Source of the DNA: a virus
Taxonomy: Duplodnaviria > Caudoviricetes
Length of the DNA stretch: 57,076 nt
Strand: one strand, 5' to 3'
Virus record (IMG/VR): IMGVR_UViG_3300017914_001948
Coordinates: 1-57,076 of that record
The notes below the pieces were generated by a model that was not told the origin of the DNA, searched no databases, and saw nothing but the letters and a program-made list of their open reading frames with translations. The translations under genes and the position numbers were made by a program. Each line of letters begins with the position of its first letter. The first letter of the stretch is position 1. Positions 19,859 to 30,236 of the stretch are shown piece by piece.

Positions 19859-20416
19859 ATGTCAGATCTAACTAATAATTTTAATTACCTCCAACCCACT
19901 AGTTTCAAACTAGTTATTGATAGAAAGAACTTTCCTAACTTAGAATTCTTTTGTCAAGAGGTTACTCATCCAGGCCTGTTGATTCCATCAGCAGAGGTCC
20001 CAATTCGTCGTATGCAATCTATACCATTGCCTGGCGAATCATTGACAATCAATGAACTGTCAACACAGATTCTTTTGGATGAGAACATGGAGAGTTATAC
20101 AGAAATGTACAATTGGGTGTTGAGAAATCAACATACAAATCTTGGAACTCACAACTCTATGAACAGAGGAGACAAGATTCCAACGTATGCAGATATCACT
20201 CTGTCTATATTATCAAGTCATAACAACACGACTATTCAAGTGAGATATATAGATGCAATGCCAACATCATTGGGAGATATTGTTTTCCAATCAACTGCAT
20301 CTGGTACAGAGTTTATCACATTCCCTGCGACATTCAGATTTAGTTATTTTGAATTGAAAACAATAAATGCAACGACAGGATCTATCACAGATTCCTTTAC
20401 GGTTCCAGTATCATAG
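19859..20416 (+). CDS. gp3: Tail completion/tube terminator gp3
   Basis: NYLQPTSFKLVI..PNLEFFCQ, LDENMESYTEMYNW, SDITL-like ADITLSILSSHNN; gp23-gp3 synteny. Confidence 0.88.
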   Translation: MSDLTNNFNYLQPTSFKLVIDRKNFPNLEFFCQEVTHPGLLIPSAEVPIRRMQSIPLPGESLTINELSTQILLDENMESYTEMYNWVLRNQHTNLGTHNSMNRGDKIPTYADITLSILSSHNNTTIQVRYIDAMPTSLGDIVFQSTASGTEFITFPATFRFSYFELKTINATTGSITDSFTVPVS

Positions 20417-20425
20417 GTAGTATAG

Positions 20426-21955
20426 ATGGGTTCAAGAAATAGACAATTAGCGGCGATCATTACAGACTCTTCAGGTGATATCAAAACTGATGCGTTTGAT
20501 AATCTTATTCAAACTTCTGTTGAACCAGAAGACCTAAACTTTGCCGTAGACGTGAGAGGGGCAGGTCACGAAGCGCCTTGGTTGTGGTCTTGGAACCCCA
20601 CAACTCTACCATATGAACGTACAAAAATTACACTGTCAAACGAAGGCGAAGTTCCAATCTATAAGAAAGGTGATTATAGATTGGATAACTATGCTGCATA
20701 TAACACAAATGGAACATCAAGTCAAGTACATAAAATATTTTTGAAATGGATTGAAGAACCAGGCACTGCAAACCTAGTTGATTGGGTCACATACGATAGT
20801 TCAAATACAGTTGAATTTGCAGGTGTTACAGACGGACTTGGTGCACAGAAAACCCAACGTCTTACTTGGACTATTCCAGAATCATTTGATATTCCAACAC
20901 TAAACACATCTACAACAAACTATAATGTGGGTGCAGTAACAGGTGCATACGTACATAGTGGTATTGCCATGGGTAACAACGTAGACATTGGACCTCTTCG
21001 TAGAGGTAATACCTACAACTTTATTCTAGACTCAACAACAAGTGGACATCCGTTCTACTTGACCACAGATAGTCAAGGTGAGTTCTCTGCAGGAACTTAT
21101 GGTGGAGAATATACAACAGGTGTAACAAACTCACGGGCCCAAGGTAGTTCTGGTACGGATGCCACTGTCACGTTTGTGGTGCCTGATGATGCACCAGATA
21201 CATTATATTATCAGTGTGGTAACCACCAAGTAATGGGTGGGGAGATCACTATCAAAGATCTTGCAGTTGAGTACACTGATGATAATGAACCAATTCTTTA
21301 TTTCCAACACAGTCAAGAGGGACACTTCACACAAGCACCTGTACGTGCAGTTCCAACTATCCCTGGCCAGATGTGTCTTACATTTGATCCAACTAAAGGT
21401 AAGTTCGTTCCTCAAGACTTGAGAGACTATATGGAAAAGACTCCAACATTCGTATCTCGTATTGTTGAGGAAATCAAAGACAACTCAATTGACTCAGATA
21501 GACATTTGGGTATCCTTCGTGCAAAAACAATTATCAACGACAGTGATATCTTTACTGGTGGAACTGGTGGTGTTGACTCTGCAGAAACCACAAGACTGAT
21601 TGACTCAGACTACATTGCAACACGTGCACTTGCAGAAAACCACACTACTTTGATGCAAGATGGAACACTTACAGTAACAACAGGTACTGCAAGATGGTAT
21701 GCCCCACGTGCAGTGAAAATTATTGGAATGAAAGCACACGTATCAACTGCACCTGCAGGGTCTGCAGTAAACATTCGTGTAAATAAAAATGGTTCTTCAC
21801 TAAGAACATTGGTGATCAACGCAGGAAGTACAAGTGCAAACCTTGGTGGTATTGCAGACGATTTATCTGCAGGAGATTATTTGACGGTAGACGTGACTCA
21901 GGTAGGATCTTCTACGGCGGGATCAGACTTAGCACTAATTATTAGATACAGATAG
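20426..21955 (+). CDS. Virion structural protein with a cupredoxin-like domain
   Basis: LRRGNTYNF..GHPFYL..PDDAPDTLYYQCGNHQVMGG; C-terminal LSAGDYLTVDVTQVGS..AGSDL domain typical of phage tail proteins. Confidence 0.65.
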   Translation: MGSRNRQLAAIITDSSGDIKTDAFDNLIQTSVEPEDLNFAVDVRGAGHEAPWLWSWNPTTLPYERTKITLSNEGEVPIYKKGDYRLDNYAAYNTNGTSSQVHKIFLKWIEEPGTANLVDWVTYDSSNTVEFAGVTDGLGAQKTQRLTWTIPESFDIPTLNTSTTNYNVGAVTGAYVHSGIAMGNNVDIGPLRRGNTYNFILDSTTSGHPFYLTTDSQGEFSAGTYGGEYTTGVTNSRAQGSSGTDATVTFVVPDDAPDTLYYQCGNHQVMGGEITIKDLAVEYTDDNEPILYFQHSQEGHFTQAPVRAVPTIPGQMCLTFDPTKGKFVPQDLRDYMEKTPTFVSRIVEEIKDNSIDSDRHLGILRAKTIINDSDIFTGGTGGVDSAETTRLIDSDYIATRALAENHTTLMQDGTLTVTTGTARWYAPRAVKIIGMKAHVSTAPAGSAVNIRVNKNGSSLRTLVINAGSTSANLGGIADDLSAGDYLTVDVTQVGSSTAGSDLALIIRYR

Positions 21956-21963
21956 GAAATAAA

Positions 21964-22215
21964 ATGGCAATTCAACCAGAAGAAAAAACATGGCTTGCTG
22001 ATGTCTTTGGATTTGATAGTAGTCGTAATTTTGTTTATTTCAAAATTGATGATGCTACCGATGAAAAAATCGCAGGACGATATACAAATAGTATTCTAAA
22101 CCATCCAGAAGATTATGGTTTATTGCAAAGTGGAACATATAAAGGTGTTGCAATGTGGGAAGACTCCGCAGGCGAAGTGCAACTATCATCAGACTGTACG
22201 GAGATAACAGAGTAA
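21964..22215 (+). CDS. Hypothetical protein (structural island)
   Basis: 83 aa ORF with AGGA RBS, coupled to the next gene. Confidence 0.6.
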   Translation: MAIQPEEKTWLADVFGFDSSRNFVYFKIDDATDEKIAGRYTNSILNHPEDYGLLQSGTYKGVAMWEDSAGEVQLSSDCTEITE

Positions 22216-23432
22216 TGTTTTTCAAACTAATTTCAAATCACACTAGTTATGGTGGGTCAAGCAACGCCGCCTATGACAATTATAGACAATATGTATTAAA
22301 GGACATTCAGGAGATTATAACTGGAAGTATTACTAGCACTAGTAGTCTTCAAACTTTGGTTTTCAATAGAGACGCAAGTGTTATAACTGGTTCTGCCCCT
22401 ACATCTGGAATTTATAGTCTATATGCAGCAGATAGCAAATCTTATAGTAGTAACGATAACTGGTTTCAGGTAAGAAAATACCACCACGGTAAAGTTATAA
22501 ACAGTTCTTTCAATGCTTACAGAGTTTTAGGAATGCGTTGGCAGAATGAATGGGGTATAGGTACAACTATGGGATCTCATGCTACATCATCTGCGACTGG
22601 TATTACAAATGCATATCCAGGCCAAAACCAATATAATGTTATTAATAATTCAAGCTCGACATACTCATCAGTACACGGTTATGATAGGCCTTCTAATGTT
22701 TATTCAATTACAGGTATTGTAAATGATGCAGTATTTGCAATTCAATTTAAATACGGAAATGTTGATAACACCTATTATGAATCTATGGTTATGGTTGATA
22801 ATGAATATCAACCAAATCTGGATGATCACTTTAGATCTGTAAACCAATATTATTGCCCTACAATGTATATGGGATTTTCAGATACAAACCTAGACGCAAA
22901 TAATGGGCCAAATATGACTGGAACATCGGGTCATAGAGGTGGTCAGGTTATAGGTTCAATTCAAAATCACGGTAATGATTATTCGGCAAGTAATAACTCT
23001 TCATCTTATACCACCGCAGACCATATGGGATATTTTGGAACACAAGTTTATGAAAGAGATTATCAATCAATATTTCCGTCACCATGGTTTGATATGCCAG
23101 ATAGATATCCATTAGCTAATGGTAACTCAGGTTATATTATGCAACCTCTTATGAAATATGGTAGACATGGTATTGTAAATGTACCAAATAGAGCTTATCA
23201 TAAAGATTATAAAGAATTTTCTATGTTGCGTGGTATGTGGCGATCAAATGATAATGGATTCTATACTGGAGAAAGAATTACTGACGATACAGGAAGATCA
23301 TACAGAGCATTTAGATTGCATAAATGTAGTGCTAATAGTGAAACATCTGACGCATATGACGAAGGTTGGTCATACAGTAGACCAAATGCAAGAAGTGCTG
23401 TTTATCTATTCCCTGAAGATGGACAAATCTAA
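22215..23432 (+). CDS. Y/N/S-rich putative virion protein
   Basis: Likely start MFFKL at 22215 (TAATG overlap), about 405 aa. Confidence 0.6.
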   Translation: MFFKLISNHTSYGGSSNAAYDNYRQYVLKDIQEIITGSITSTSSLQTLVFNRDASVITGSAPTSGIYSLYAADSKSYSSNDNWFQVRKYHHGKVINSSFNAYRVLGMRWQNEWGIGTTMGSHATSSATGITNAYPGQNQYNVINNSSSTYSSVHGYDRPSNVYSITGIVNDAVFAIQFKYGNVDNTYYESMVMVDNEYQPNLDDHFRSVNQYYCPTMYMGFSDTNLDANNGPNMTGTSGHRGGQVIGSIQNHGNDYSASNNSSSYTTADHMGYFGTQVYERDYQSIFPSPWFDMPDRYPLANGNSGYIMQPLMKYGRHGIVNVPNRAYHKDYKEFSMLRGMWRSNDNGFYTGERITDDTGRSYRAFRLHKCSANSETSDAYDEGWSYSRPNARSAVYLFPEDGQI

Positions 23433-23755
23433 TGCCCACTCGTTCTGGTTATACTGATTCATCATATCATCTAATTGCAAGTCCCTATGGGTTTGCATAT
23501 GATAGTTCGGGTAGAAGAGATTCTTCCCATGTATTGTCTATCGAGGATACTATTGATAGTGGTGATGGACTTATAACAACTGAAGCAGGATTTAGTTTTG
23601 GTTATGATTCTAACTTTGTGTTCGATGGACAAAATACAGGTTTATCTGTATCAACAAATGCATCGTTAGATTCTGCAAATAATCTAATCAGTACACTCAG
23701 AATACAACTCGAAAATGCACAAGGTGGTGGACCAGTACAAAGGTGGATAACGTAA
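23432..23755 (+). CDS. Small DS-rich putative virion protein
   Basis: 107 aa, TAATG-coupled at both ends, 6 DS motifs. Confidence 0.6.
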   Translation: MPTRSGYTDSSYHLIASPYGFAYDSSGRRDSSHVLSIEDTIDSGDGLITTEAGFSFGYDSNFVFDGQNTGLSVSTNASLDSANNLISTLRIQLENAQGGGPVQRWIT

Positions 23756-24198
23756 TGGCAACAAAAGCAAGACTTATATCAAAAACTTTTGTATCCAGTG
23801 AGGATGGAACAACTATACAATTGAGAGCAGAGAATGCAGACAGTGCGGCACCCTTTGTAGAAACAATTGAAGTTGTCAGTGGCACTGCAGAGTTGACAGA
23901 CTCAAACGAAGGTACTATCGATACATTTGATGGTACTGAAGTTCGTGCCGCACATTATCATATGATATGTAATACAACAGGTGATAGTGATCATCAAGCG
24001 CAACAGATCTTTATTACACACAACGGAGACAGTGCAACTCTTGTTTCTTATGGAACACTTTTGCACGGTTCAAGTACAATCGTAATCTACGATGCAGATA
24101 TAAACGACAGTGATACCGTTTCACTCAAGGCAGATCCTCAAGGAGTTGATGGGTTAAAGTTTTCTTTCAAAAGAATTGATACGGCGGTCACTTCGTAA
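23755..24198 (+). CDS. Putative virion protein (IDTF..RAAHY..THNG fibre-associated domain)
   Basis: Start MATK at 23755. The motif resembles a domain repeated in marine myophage fibres. Confidence 0.6.
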   Translation: MATKARLISKTFVSSEDGTTIQLRAENADSAAPFVETIEVVSGTAELTDSNEGTIDTFDGTEVRAAHYHMICNTTGDSDHQAQQIFITHNGDSATLVSYGTLLHGSSTIVIYDADINDSDTVSLKADPQGVDGLKFSFKRIDTAVTS

Positions 24199-24201
24199 AC
24201 A

Positions 24202-24209
24202 TATAAATA
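24202..24209 (+). promoter_or_regulatory. T4-type late promoter TATAAATA
   Basis: Exact consensus, intergenic. Confidence 0.8.
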
Positions 24210-24231
24210 TAAGAAAAATTAAGAGGTTTTC

Positions 24232-24540
24232 ATGGCGAAGGCAGCATTCAGAGTAGAAGACGGTATCATCCCAGGCCATACCGATAACAGTTTAGGACAT
24301 TCAACTGCAAAGTTCAAAAATGTTCATTTGTCTGGTGATGTTCATGCATCAACTATAAATGCATCCAATGATGTAAACGTAACTGGTGACTTGGATGTTG
24401 ACGGTTCTACATCTCTGATCAACTTGAGCGCTACGGGAACTACAATCAACTTACCGAATTTTGAAGGCGGCGGTGGCGGAGGCGGAGGCAGCGGTGTCTC
24501 TCAAGCACAAGCAATTGCTTTCGCAGTGGCATTAGGATAA
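24232..24540 (+). CDS. Small fibre-like protein with poly-Gly linker and AIAFAVALG terminus
   Basis: 102 aa with GAGG RBS; the terminal motif is typical of small phage tail proteins. Confidence 0.65.
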   Translation: MAKAAFRVEDGIIPGHTDNSLGHSTAKFKNVHLSGDVHASTINASNDVNVTGDLDVDGSTSLINLSATGTTINLPNFEGGGGGGGGSGVSQAQAIAFAVALG

Positions 24541-24544
24541 AATC

Positions 24545-27500
24545 ATGGCAAAGAAACTTTTAGCAACGAACTATAGCATCAATTCAGATAGTGATAAAAT
24601 TACCGTCAAAGGTTTTTATCGTGCGGAACAATTCCAACTGATTACAGATGTCACACCTGAAACTGGTGGTACGATCCTTTATAACTTTGCGGATGCAAAC
24701 AAAGGTCATAAAGGTGCAGAGTTTGATACTCTAAGTGAGACAACAACTTTCTTCTTAGAGACAGACCTAAGTGCATTAGGTATTGACTCAACATCATCTA
24801 TTCAGATTATTGTGGATCACCCTGAAACCGAAATGGAAGTGTCGGACTCATTACTTGATCCCGTTCATAAGATTCGTGTTTCTACCCCAGAAAACCTAAT
24901 CGATACCGACTTTGAATATGGTCTCCAGCCTACGAAGTGGGAGACGTTAGAACTATCTAATAACGTTCCATCATTCTTCGTTGCGGATGGTGACACTGCA
25001 TTAGATATTGTTGATACTATTACATCTATTGCGGGGTCAGATCTTGTCAAGGTTGCATGTACGGATGCACATAACTTGGTTGTTGGTACACCAGTTGATG
25101 TCTCTGGTCTAGACTTTAGAACTGCAGAAGGTAAATTCCTAATCATCTCTGCAGACTCAAATAACTTTTACTATCGTGCAAACTCACCACTACCTACAAC
25201 TGGTGAAATTGGTTCTATCTATACGGCAATTACGCCTGGTTCATTCTATGCAGGTTCTCAGATTCCATACGATGATTCAGACGGTTTGACAACAGATGAA
25301 TCAGACCCATCAACACTTACTGTTACTACTCCAGACGTACACGGATTTGTTGACAATTCGCAATTCTATCTTGTAAATACTATTGCATCTAAATCTCTAA
25401 AAGTTGAAGATAATAAAACTGCACCAGATGGTGATCCTGCAATTGACAAACGTGATACATTTGAGAGACAGGTATCACTAGATTTGTCTAAAACGAAAAC
25501 AAATGCTATCCGTGGTAGACATAGTTTCTACTTTGGAAACGATGCAATTGATACATCAAATAACCAAATCACTTGGACTAATCACCAGATGAATAATAAC
25601 TACTGTGTGATTTATGTACCACCAGCAGGAGCGAGTGGTATTGGTGGTTTGTCACGTTTTGAAATTTATTACGTAAGAAGAGTGGATGCGAATACAATTG
25701 AGTTGACAGCCTCACAGAACGGATCAGCGATCAATTTCTCATCTGCAGGTGATGATAGTGTTGCACAACACTCGTTACATATGTTATATGAGATTCGTCG
25801 TTCATATGCACCGTATAGAAACTCTTACACATATCACTATACTTGGAGTTACTACACAGGTGGTAACTATTCTGGTTTGGATATGGCTACACGTTACTCA
25901 GATCCAAATACTGGATCTTCATACTATGGTTTAGGCGCTAAACGTCAAGACGGTCTGATGACAATGGTTCGCAACTATTCATATCCAGCATACACTAATC
26001 GGTGGATAGACTATTACAGACCCATATACCAAGATAGATACAATTATTATGGTGGTAGCCACAATACATATATGGACTTTCCAGAATATGATAACACTAC
26101 ACCAGCAAATCACCCTTCAAGATGGAACCCTATTGAAGACTTTGGTAGATATCAACCATATAGTTGGAATAGTTATTATATCGAATATAGTAGATATTAT
26201 AGAATTCAAAAATCTTATTATCAAGGAACCTACAATTACTACTGGGGTGCTCGTAGAATATTCATGTTCCCATTCATCTTTGACGAAGAATCGGACACAT
26301 TCTTCTCTGCAGATCATGGCCTAGAACAAGGTAATACTGTATCCTTTGCGACTAAATCAGGTTCAGCACCGACTCTGAACAATGGAACTAGTATGAGTAG
26401 TACTGCAGCCAACACAAATTTGTCAGACGGTGACTATACCGTTGAACGTGTATCTAAAGATAGATTCAGACTACAAGGTCAAAGAATTCAAACTGCAGTC
26501 GGTGATTCTGATAATGCGTATGAGATTATTGGTAATGTAACAAATAAGAATGCTAACTCATTCTATGTTGGACAACACGGTCTAATCCAAGACCAAGAAC
26601 TAAAACTAACTACTTCTGGATCTCCAACTATTCCTTCTGTGCCTACTGGTGCAGTTACACCAAAATGGAAACTGAATTCTCAAGGTAATGCACCATTTAT
26701 TGCAAAAATCATCAATGATGCGGTTGATGATCATATTGCTAATCATTCGGATTTCACCAACCACCAAAACTTCAGAACATCAAATCATAATGGTAATTCA
26801 CAAAGATTGATGGAAGGGAGTTCGGCGGGACTCAGTGGCACGAGACCAGTTGACTACGTAAACACTCAGTACTCATCTAACAGTCTTCGTATTGTTAGAA
26901 ATGGTTCAACTGTTCATAGCGCTAGTTATACAAACTATAATGATTTCTATTTGGGAAGATTTGATCTGACCACTCCACAAAACTTGTTTGCAAGTACTGC
27001 TGCAGCTCAGTATGGCATCTTCAGATTGGCGACACCATGGCAACAATACACCTCAATTCCATATTACATGGACTTGACTTTCGGTGGTGATGATGCACAT
27101 GGTAATACGTCAGACGGTACATTTACCACAAACAATTGGTGGAGATTCTATAACTACACCTATATGGATCATTACACATCACGCACATATCCAAACTATG
27201 CTACAAGTAACTATGATGGCACTGTGACTGGAACCACATCAGGACACCAGTGGAGATATGATTTATCGTATGCTACAGTAGAACGATCTTGGGCATTTAC
27301 TCAATTCATAGTAACATTTGGTAAAACGACTACTAGTCAAGGTTGGTCTGGATATAGTACAGGTAGTAGTGGAAAAGATACAAATTTGTATCAAAGAAAT
27401 ACATATAATTCATACAGTTATCTGTACGATCAATCTCTAAAACAAGATGAAATTACTATGCGATTGTTCTTCGCAGGTAACACATCTCTAAACTTTAGCA

Positions 27501-30232
27501 CTAGTGATGCTACTCGTTTGGTAGAACGTGTAATTCAAGATATCGACGAAAAGTTTATCAATCCAACATTTGCAGAAAATGATGTTCTAACAGTAAACGT
27601 TATTGATAACAACAGATTCTCACTATCTAATGATGGTGCATTGATTGACCTAACAGATAGTGGTGATAACTTGGATAGTGCAAACTTCCTCAAGTTTACT
27701 TTGGAAGACGTTCAGGGTGCGGCAGATGGATCTTACTCTGCAGAATCTGTGGGTGAGAATCTAATCAAACTAAACACACCTTTCCAAATCGAAGGTAACG
27801 CTGAAATTATTGATGCAGATAACATCGACTCTGCAACAATTCCAATCGTAGATGGTCACTCATTCTTATCGGGCACTAAAGTAGTATATACGAATGGTTC
27901 TGATAGTGCACTTGAGACATTGACTGACGGTGAAACATATTATGTTCATGCCGTTGATGACGTTTATATCAGACTTCATGATAATGTACAAGATGCCGTT
28001 ACTGGTAACAATCCATTACAAGTTACTGCAGATTCTGCACTTGCAACGCATACGATCAAGAGTACTTCGATTGCAGGTAGAACTAAGGCTGCAGGTCTTG
28101 TAAAATTAGGTGATGGATCTAAGAAAGTCATTGGCGATCAAACACTATTCAAACGATTCTTCAAGGCGGGTGATGCGATCTTCTTCAAGAATGATTCAGC
28201 TGATCCAGGCATATTAGAAGAAAACCAAGTTGCAGTTATCTCTGACGATGAAAACATGGAACTAGTAAACCCCGCTGGTTTCTCTCATGATGGTGCAGAA
28301 CACTTCGTAAAGACAAACATTTACGCAAAACCAGATGGTTACTCAGTACACAGACCATTTGATGGTGGTGTTGAGATTGGTGCGGGTACTGCCCCACTAT
28401 CACAAATCACACGTCAAACTCGTAAGTATTTCCGTTATCAGTCAGGTAAAGGTATTCAAACATCTCTTGCAATCAACTTCAACCCACCTGTAATTATGGA
28501 AACAGTTTCTGCAAACGGTACACTTATAACAGTTACTACAAAGTATCCTCACAACTTGTCTGCAGGAATGGAAATCACAGTTGAAGGTGCGTCTGATGCG
28601 AACTATAATGGTTCACATGAAATCACAGAAGACATTGATGATTACACATTCACATATACTGCCGACGCTGCACCAAACGCCTCTGTACCATCAGGTATTG
28701 TGCAATACGTAGTTGATGGATACTCTGGTTCGTTTACACGTGCGGGTATGTTTGATAATCAGAACGGATTCTTCTTCGAATATGATGGTGCAGTTCTACA
28801 CTGTGTAAGACGTTCATCAACTACTCAGTTGTCAGGTACAGTTCGTGCAACAAAAGGTAGTGGCCTTATTGAAGGTACAAGAACAAACTTCACTGGACAG
28901 TTGTCTGATGGTGACAAAGTTGTTATTCGTGGTCAGACATATAAGATTGTGAAAATTGAAAACAGAACTCAAATGTATGTTCAACCACAGTATCGTGGTA
29001 TCACAACAGATGGTATCATCCTTACAAAGACTGTAGATGTAAGAGTACCACAAGACCAATGGAACTTAGATAAGTGTGATGGAACTGGTAAAGAAGGGTT
29101 TACACTAAATACATCTAAAATCCAGATGGCATATATGGACTATTCATGGTATGGTGCGGGTAAGATTCGTTTCGGGTTCAAGGATCGTAAAGGTCACGTA
29201 AGATACGCACACGAGTTTATCCACAACAACCGTTTGGACGAAGCATACATGCGTTCAGGTAACCTTCCTGCGAAGTATGAAATCGAAAATGATGCAGAAC
29301 CAACTTACGCACCAACACTATTCCACTGGGGTACATCGGTGATTATGGATGGTACGTTTGATGACGACAAAGCATATCTATTTACTGCTCCGTCGAAGAA
29401 CTTGTCATTTACAAACGGTCAGGCGTTGACTGCGAACTTATCTTCGAACTCATCGTTAGTGCGTCGATACAACAGAGATAGAAGAACATATGACTGGTAT
29501 GTTCGTCTTCCATTCTCAACTAATGACGCAAGTAAGTTCTCTACTGGTACAAAACTGTATCAGAGTACAAACTTGACAGGACAAGAGGTTTCGTACACAG
29601 ACTACGGTAGCGGTGCATTCCGTGTTCATATCTACATTGAATCTGGATGGTCTACTCCTGTCCAATATCCAATTGTATCAAGTGGTGCAACGGTAAATAT
29701 TGGTCAACCTGCCTCTGGTGGTGATGATATCCAACTTGGTACAGATATTATTCCATTGGTGTCTCTGAGACTTGCACCTTCTGTTGACAACAACTTGACT
29801 GGTAATCTTGGTGAACGTGACATCATCAACAGAATGCAGTTGAAACTTGCAGAAGTTGGTTTGATTTTGACACACGATTGTGAAGTAAAACTTATCTTGA
29901 ACGGTGACATCAGTACAGTGAATTGGGAGAACGTGAAGTCTCCATCATTGTCACAGTTGATCAAACATGAACAAGGAGATCAGATTACAGGTGGTAACGA
30001 AGTGTTCTCATTCCGTGCATCTGGTGGTGCAAACGGTGCATCGAATACATCTAACTTCTCACTTGGTGACTTGATCGATATGGGTAACTCAATTCTAGGT
30101 GGTGATGGTATCTTCCCGAATGGTCCAGACATCTTGACTGTGGCAATTCAGGTTGTAGATACATCAGCAATCAATGCGTCCCAACCATTCACTGCATCAT
30201 CAAGAATTACTTGGTCAGAATCACAGGCGTAA
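24545..30232 (+). CDS. Giant (1895 aa) virion structural protein
   Basis: RVSTPENLIDTDFEYGLQPTKWE, RQTRKYFRYQSGKG and MDYSWYGAGKIRFG motifs typical of marine myophage structural proteins; repeated H(G/N)L..G..V modules. Confidence 0.75.
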   Translation: MAKKLLATNYSINSDSDKITVKGFYRAEQFQLITDVTPETGGTILYNFADANKGHKGAEFDTLSETTTFFLETDLSALGIDSTSSIQIIVDHPETEMEVSDSLLDPVHKIRVSTPENLIDTDFEYGLQPTKWETLELSNNVPSFFVADGDTALDIVDTITSIAGSDLVKVACTDAHNLVVGTPVDVSGLDFRTAEGKFLIISADSNNFYYRANSPLPTTGEIGSIYTAITPGSFYAGSQIPYDDSDGLTTDESDPSTLTVTTPDVHGFVDNSQFYLVNTIASKSLKVEDNKTAPDGDPAIDKRDTFERQVSLDLSKTKTNAIRGRHSFYFGNDAIDTSNNQITWTNHQMNNNYCVIYVPPAGASGIGGLSRFEIYYVRRVDANTIELTASQNGSAINFSSAGDDSVAQHSLHMLYEIRRSYAPYRNSYTYHYTWSYYTGGNYSGLDMATRYSDPNTGSSYYGLGAKRQDGLMTMVRNYSYPAYTNRWIDYYRPIYQDRYNYYGGSHNTYMDFPEYDNTTPANHPSRWNPIEDFGRYQPYSWNSYYIEYSRYYRIQKSYYQGTYNYYWGARRIFMFPFIFDEESDTFFSADHGLEQGNTVSFATKSGSAPTLNNGTSMSSTAANTNLSDGDYTVERVSKDRFRLQGQRIQTAVGDSDNAYEIIGNVTNKNANSFYVGQHGLIQDQELKLTTSGSPTIPSVPTGAVTPKWKLNSQGNAPFIAKIINDAVDDHIANHSDFTNHQNFRTSNHNGNSQRLMEGSSAGLSGTRPVDYVNTQYSSNSLRIVRNGSTVHSASYTNYNDFYLGRFDLTTPQNLFASTAAAQYGIFRLATPWQQYTSIPYYMDLTFGGDDAHGNTSDGTFTTNNWWRFYNYTYMDHYTSRTYPNYATSNYDGTVTGTTSGHQWRYDLSYATVERSWAFTQFIVTFGKTTTSQGWSGYSTGSSGKDTNLYQRNTYNSYSYLYDQSLKQDEITMRLFFAGNTSLNFSTSDATRLVERVIQDIDEKFINPTFAENDVLTVNVIDNNRFSLSNDGALIDLTDSGDNLDSANFLKFTLEDVQGAADGSYSAESVGENLIKLNTPFQIEGNAEIIDADNIDSATIPIVDGHSFLSGTKVVYTNGSDSALETLTDGETYYVHAVDDVYIRLHDNVQDAVTGNNPLQVTADSALATHTIKSTSIAGRTKAAGLVKLGDGSKKVIGDQTLFKRFFKAGDAIFFKNDSADPGILEENQVAVISDDENMELVNPAGFSHDGAEHFVKTNIYAKPDGYSVHRPFDGGVEIGAGTAPLSQITRQTRKYFRYQSGKGIQTSLAINFNPPVIMETVSANGTLITVTTKYPHNLSAGMEITVEGASDANYNGSHEITEDIDDYTFTYTADAAPNASVPSGIVQYVVDGYSGSFTRAGMFDNQNGFFFEYDGAVLHCVRRSSTTQLSGTVRATKGSGLIEGTRTNFTGQLSDGDKVVIRGQTYKIVKIENRTQMYVQPQYRGITTDGIILTKTVDVRVPQDQWNLDKCDGTGKEGFTLNTSKIQMAYMDYSWYGAGKIRFGFKDRKGHVRYAHEFIHNNRLDEAYMRSGNLPAKYEIENDAEPTYAPTLFHWGTSVIMDGTFDDDKAYLFTAPSKNLSFTNGQALTANLSSNSSLVRRYNRDRRTYDWYVRLPFSTNDASKFSTGTKLYQSTNLTGQEVSYTDYGSGAFRVHIYIESGWSTPVQYPIVSSGATVNIGQPASGGDDIQLGTDIIPLVSLRLAPSVDNNLTGNLGERDIINRMQLKLAEVGLILTHDCEVKLILNGDISTVNWENVKSPSLSQLIKHEQGDQITGGNEVFSFRASGGANGASNTSNFSLGDLIDMGNSILGGDGIFPNGPDILTVAIQVVDTSAINASQPFTASSRITWSESQA

Positions 30233-30236
30233 TAAT

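Noticed and set aside
24467-24495. GC-rich GGC/GGA run (also about 10218-10235) as a contingency repeat
   Set aside because: It encodes a poly-Gly linker with mixed codons and stays in frame.
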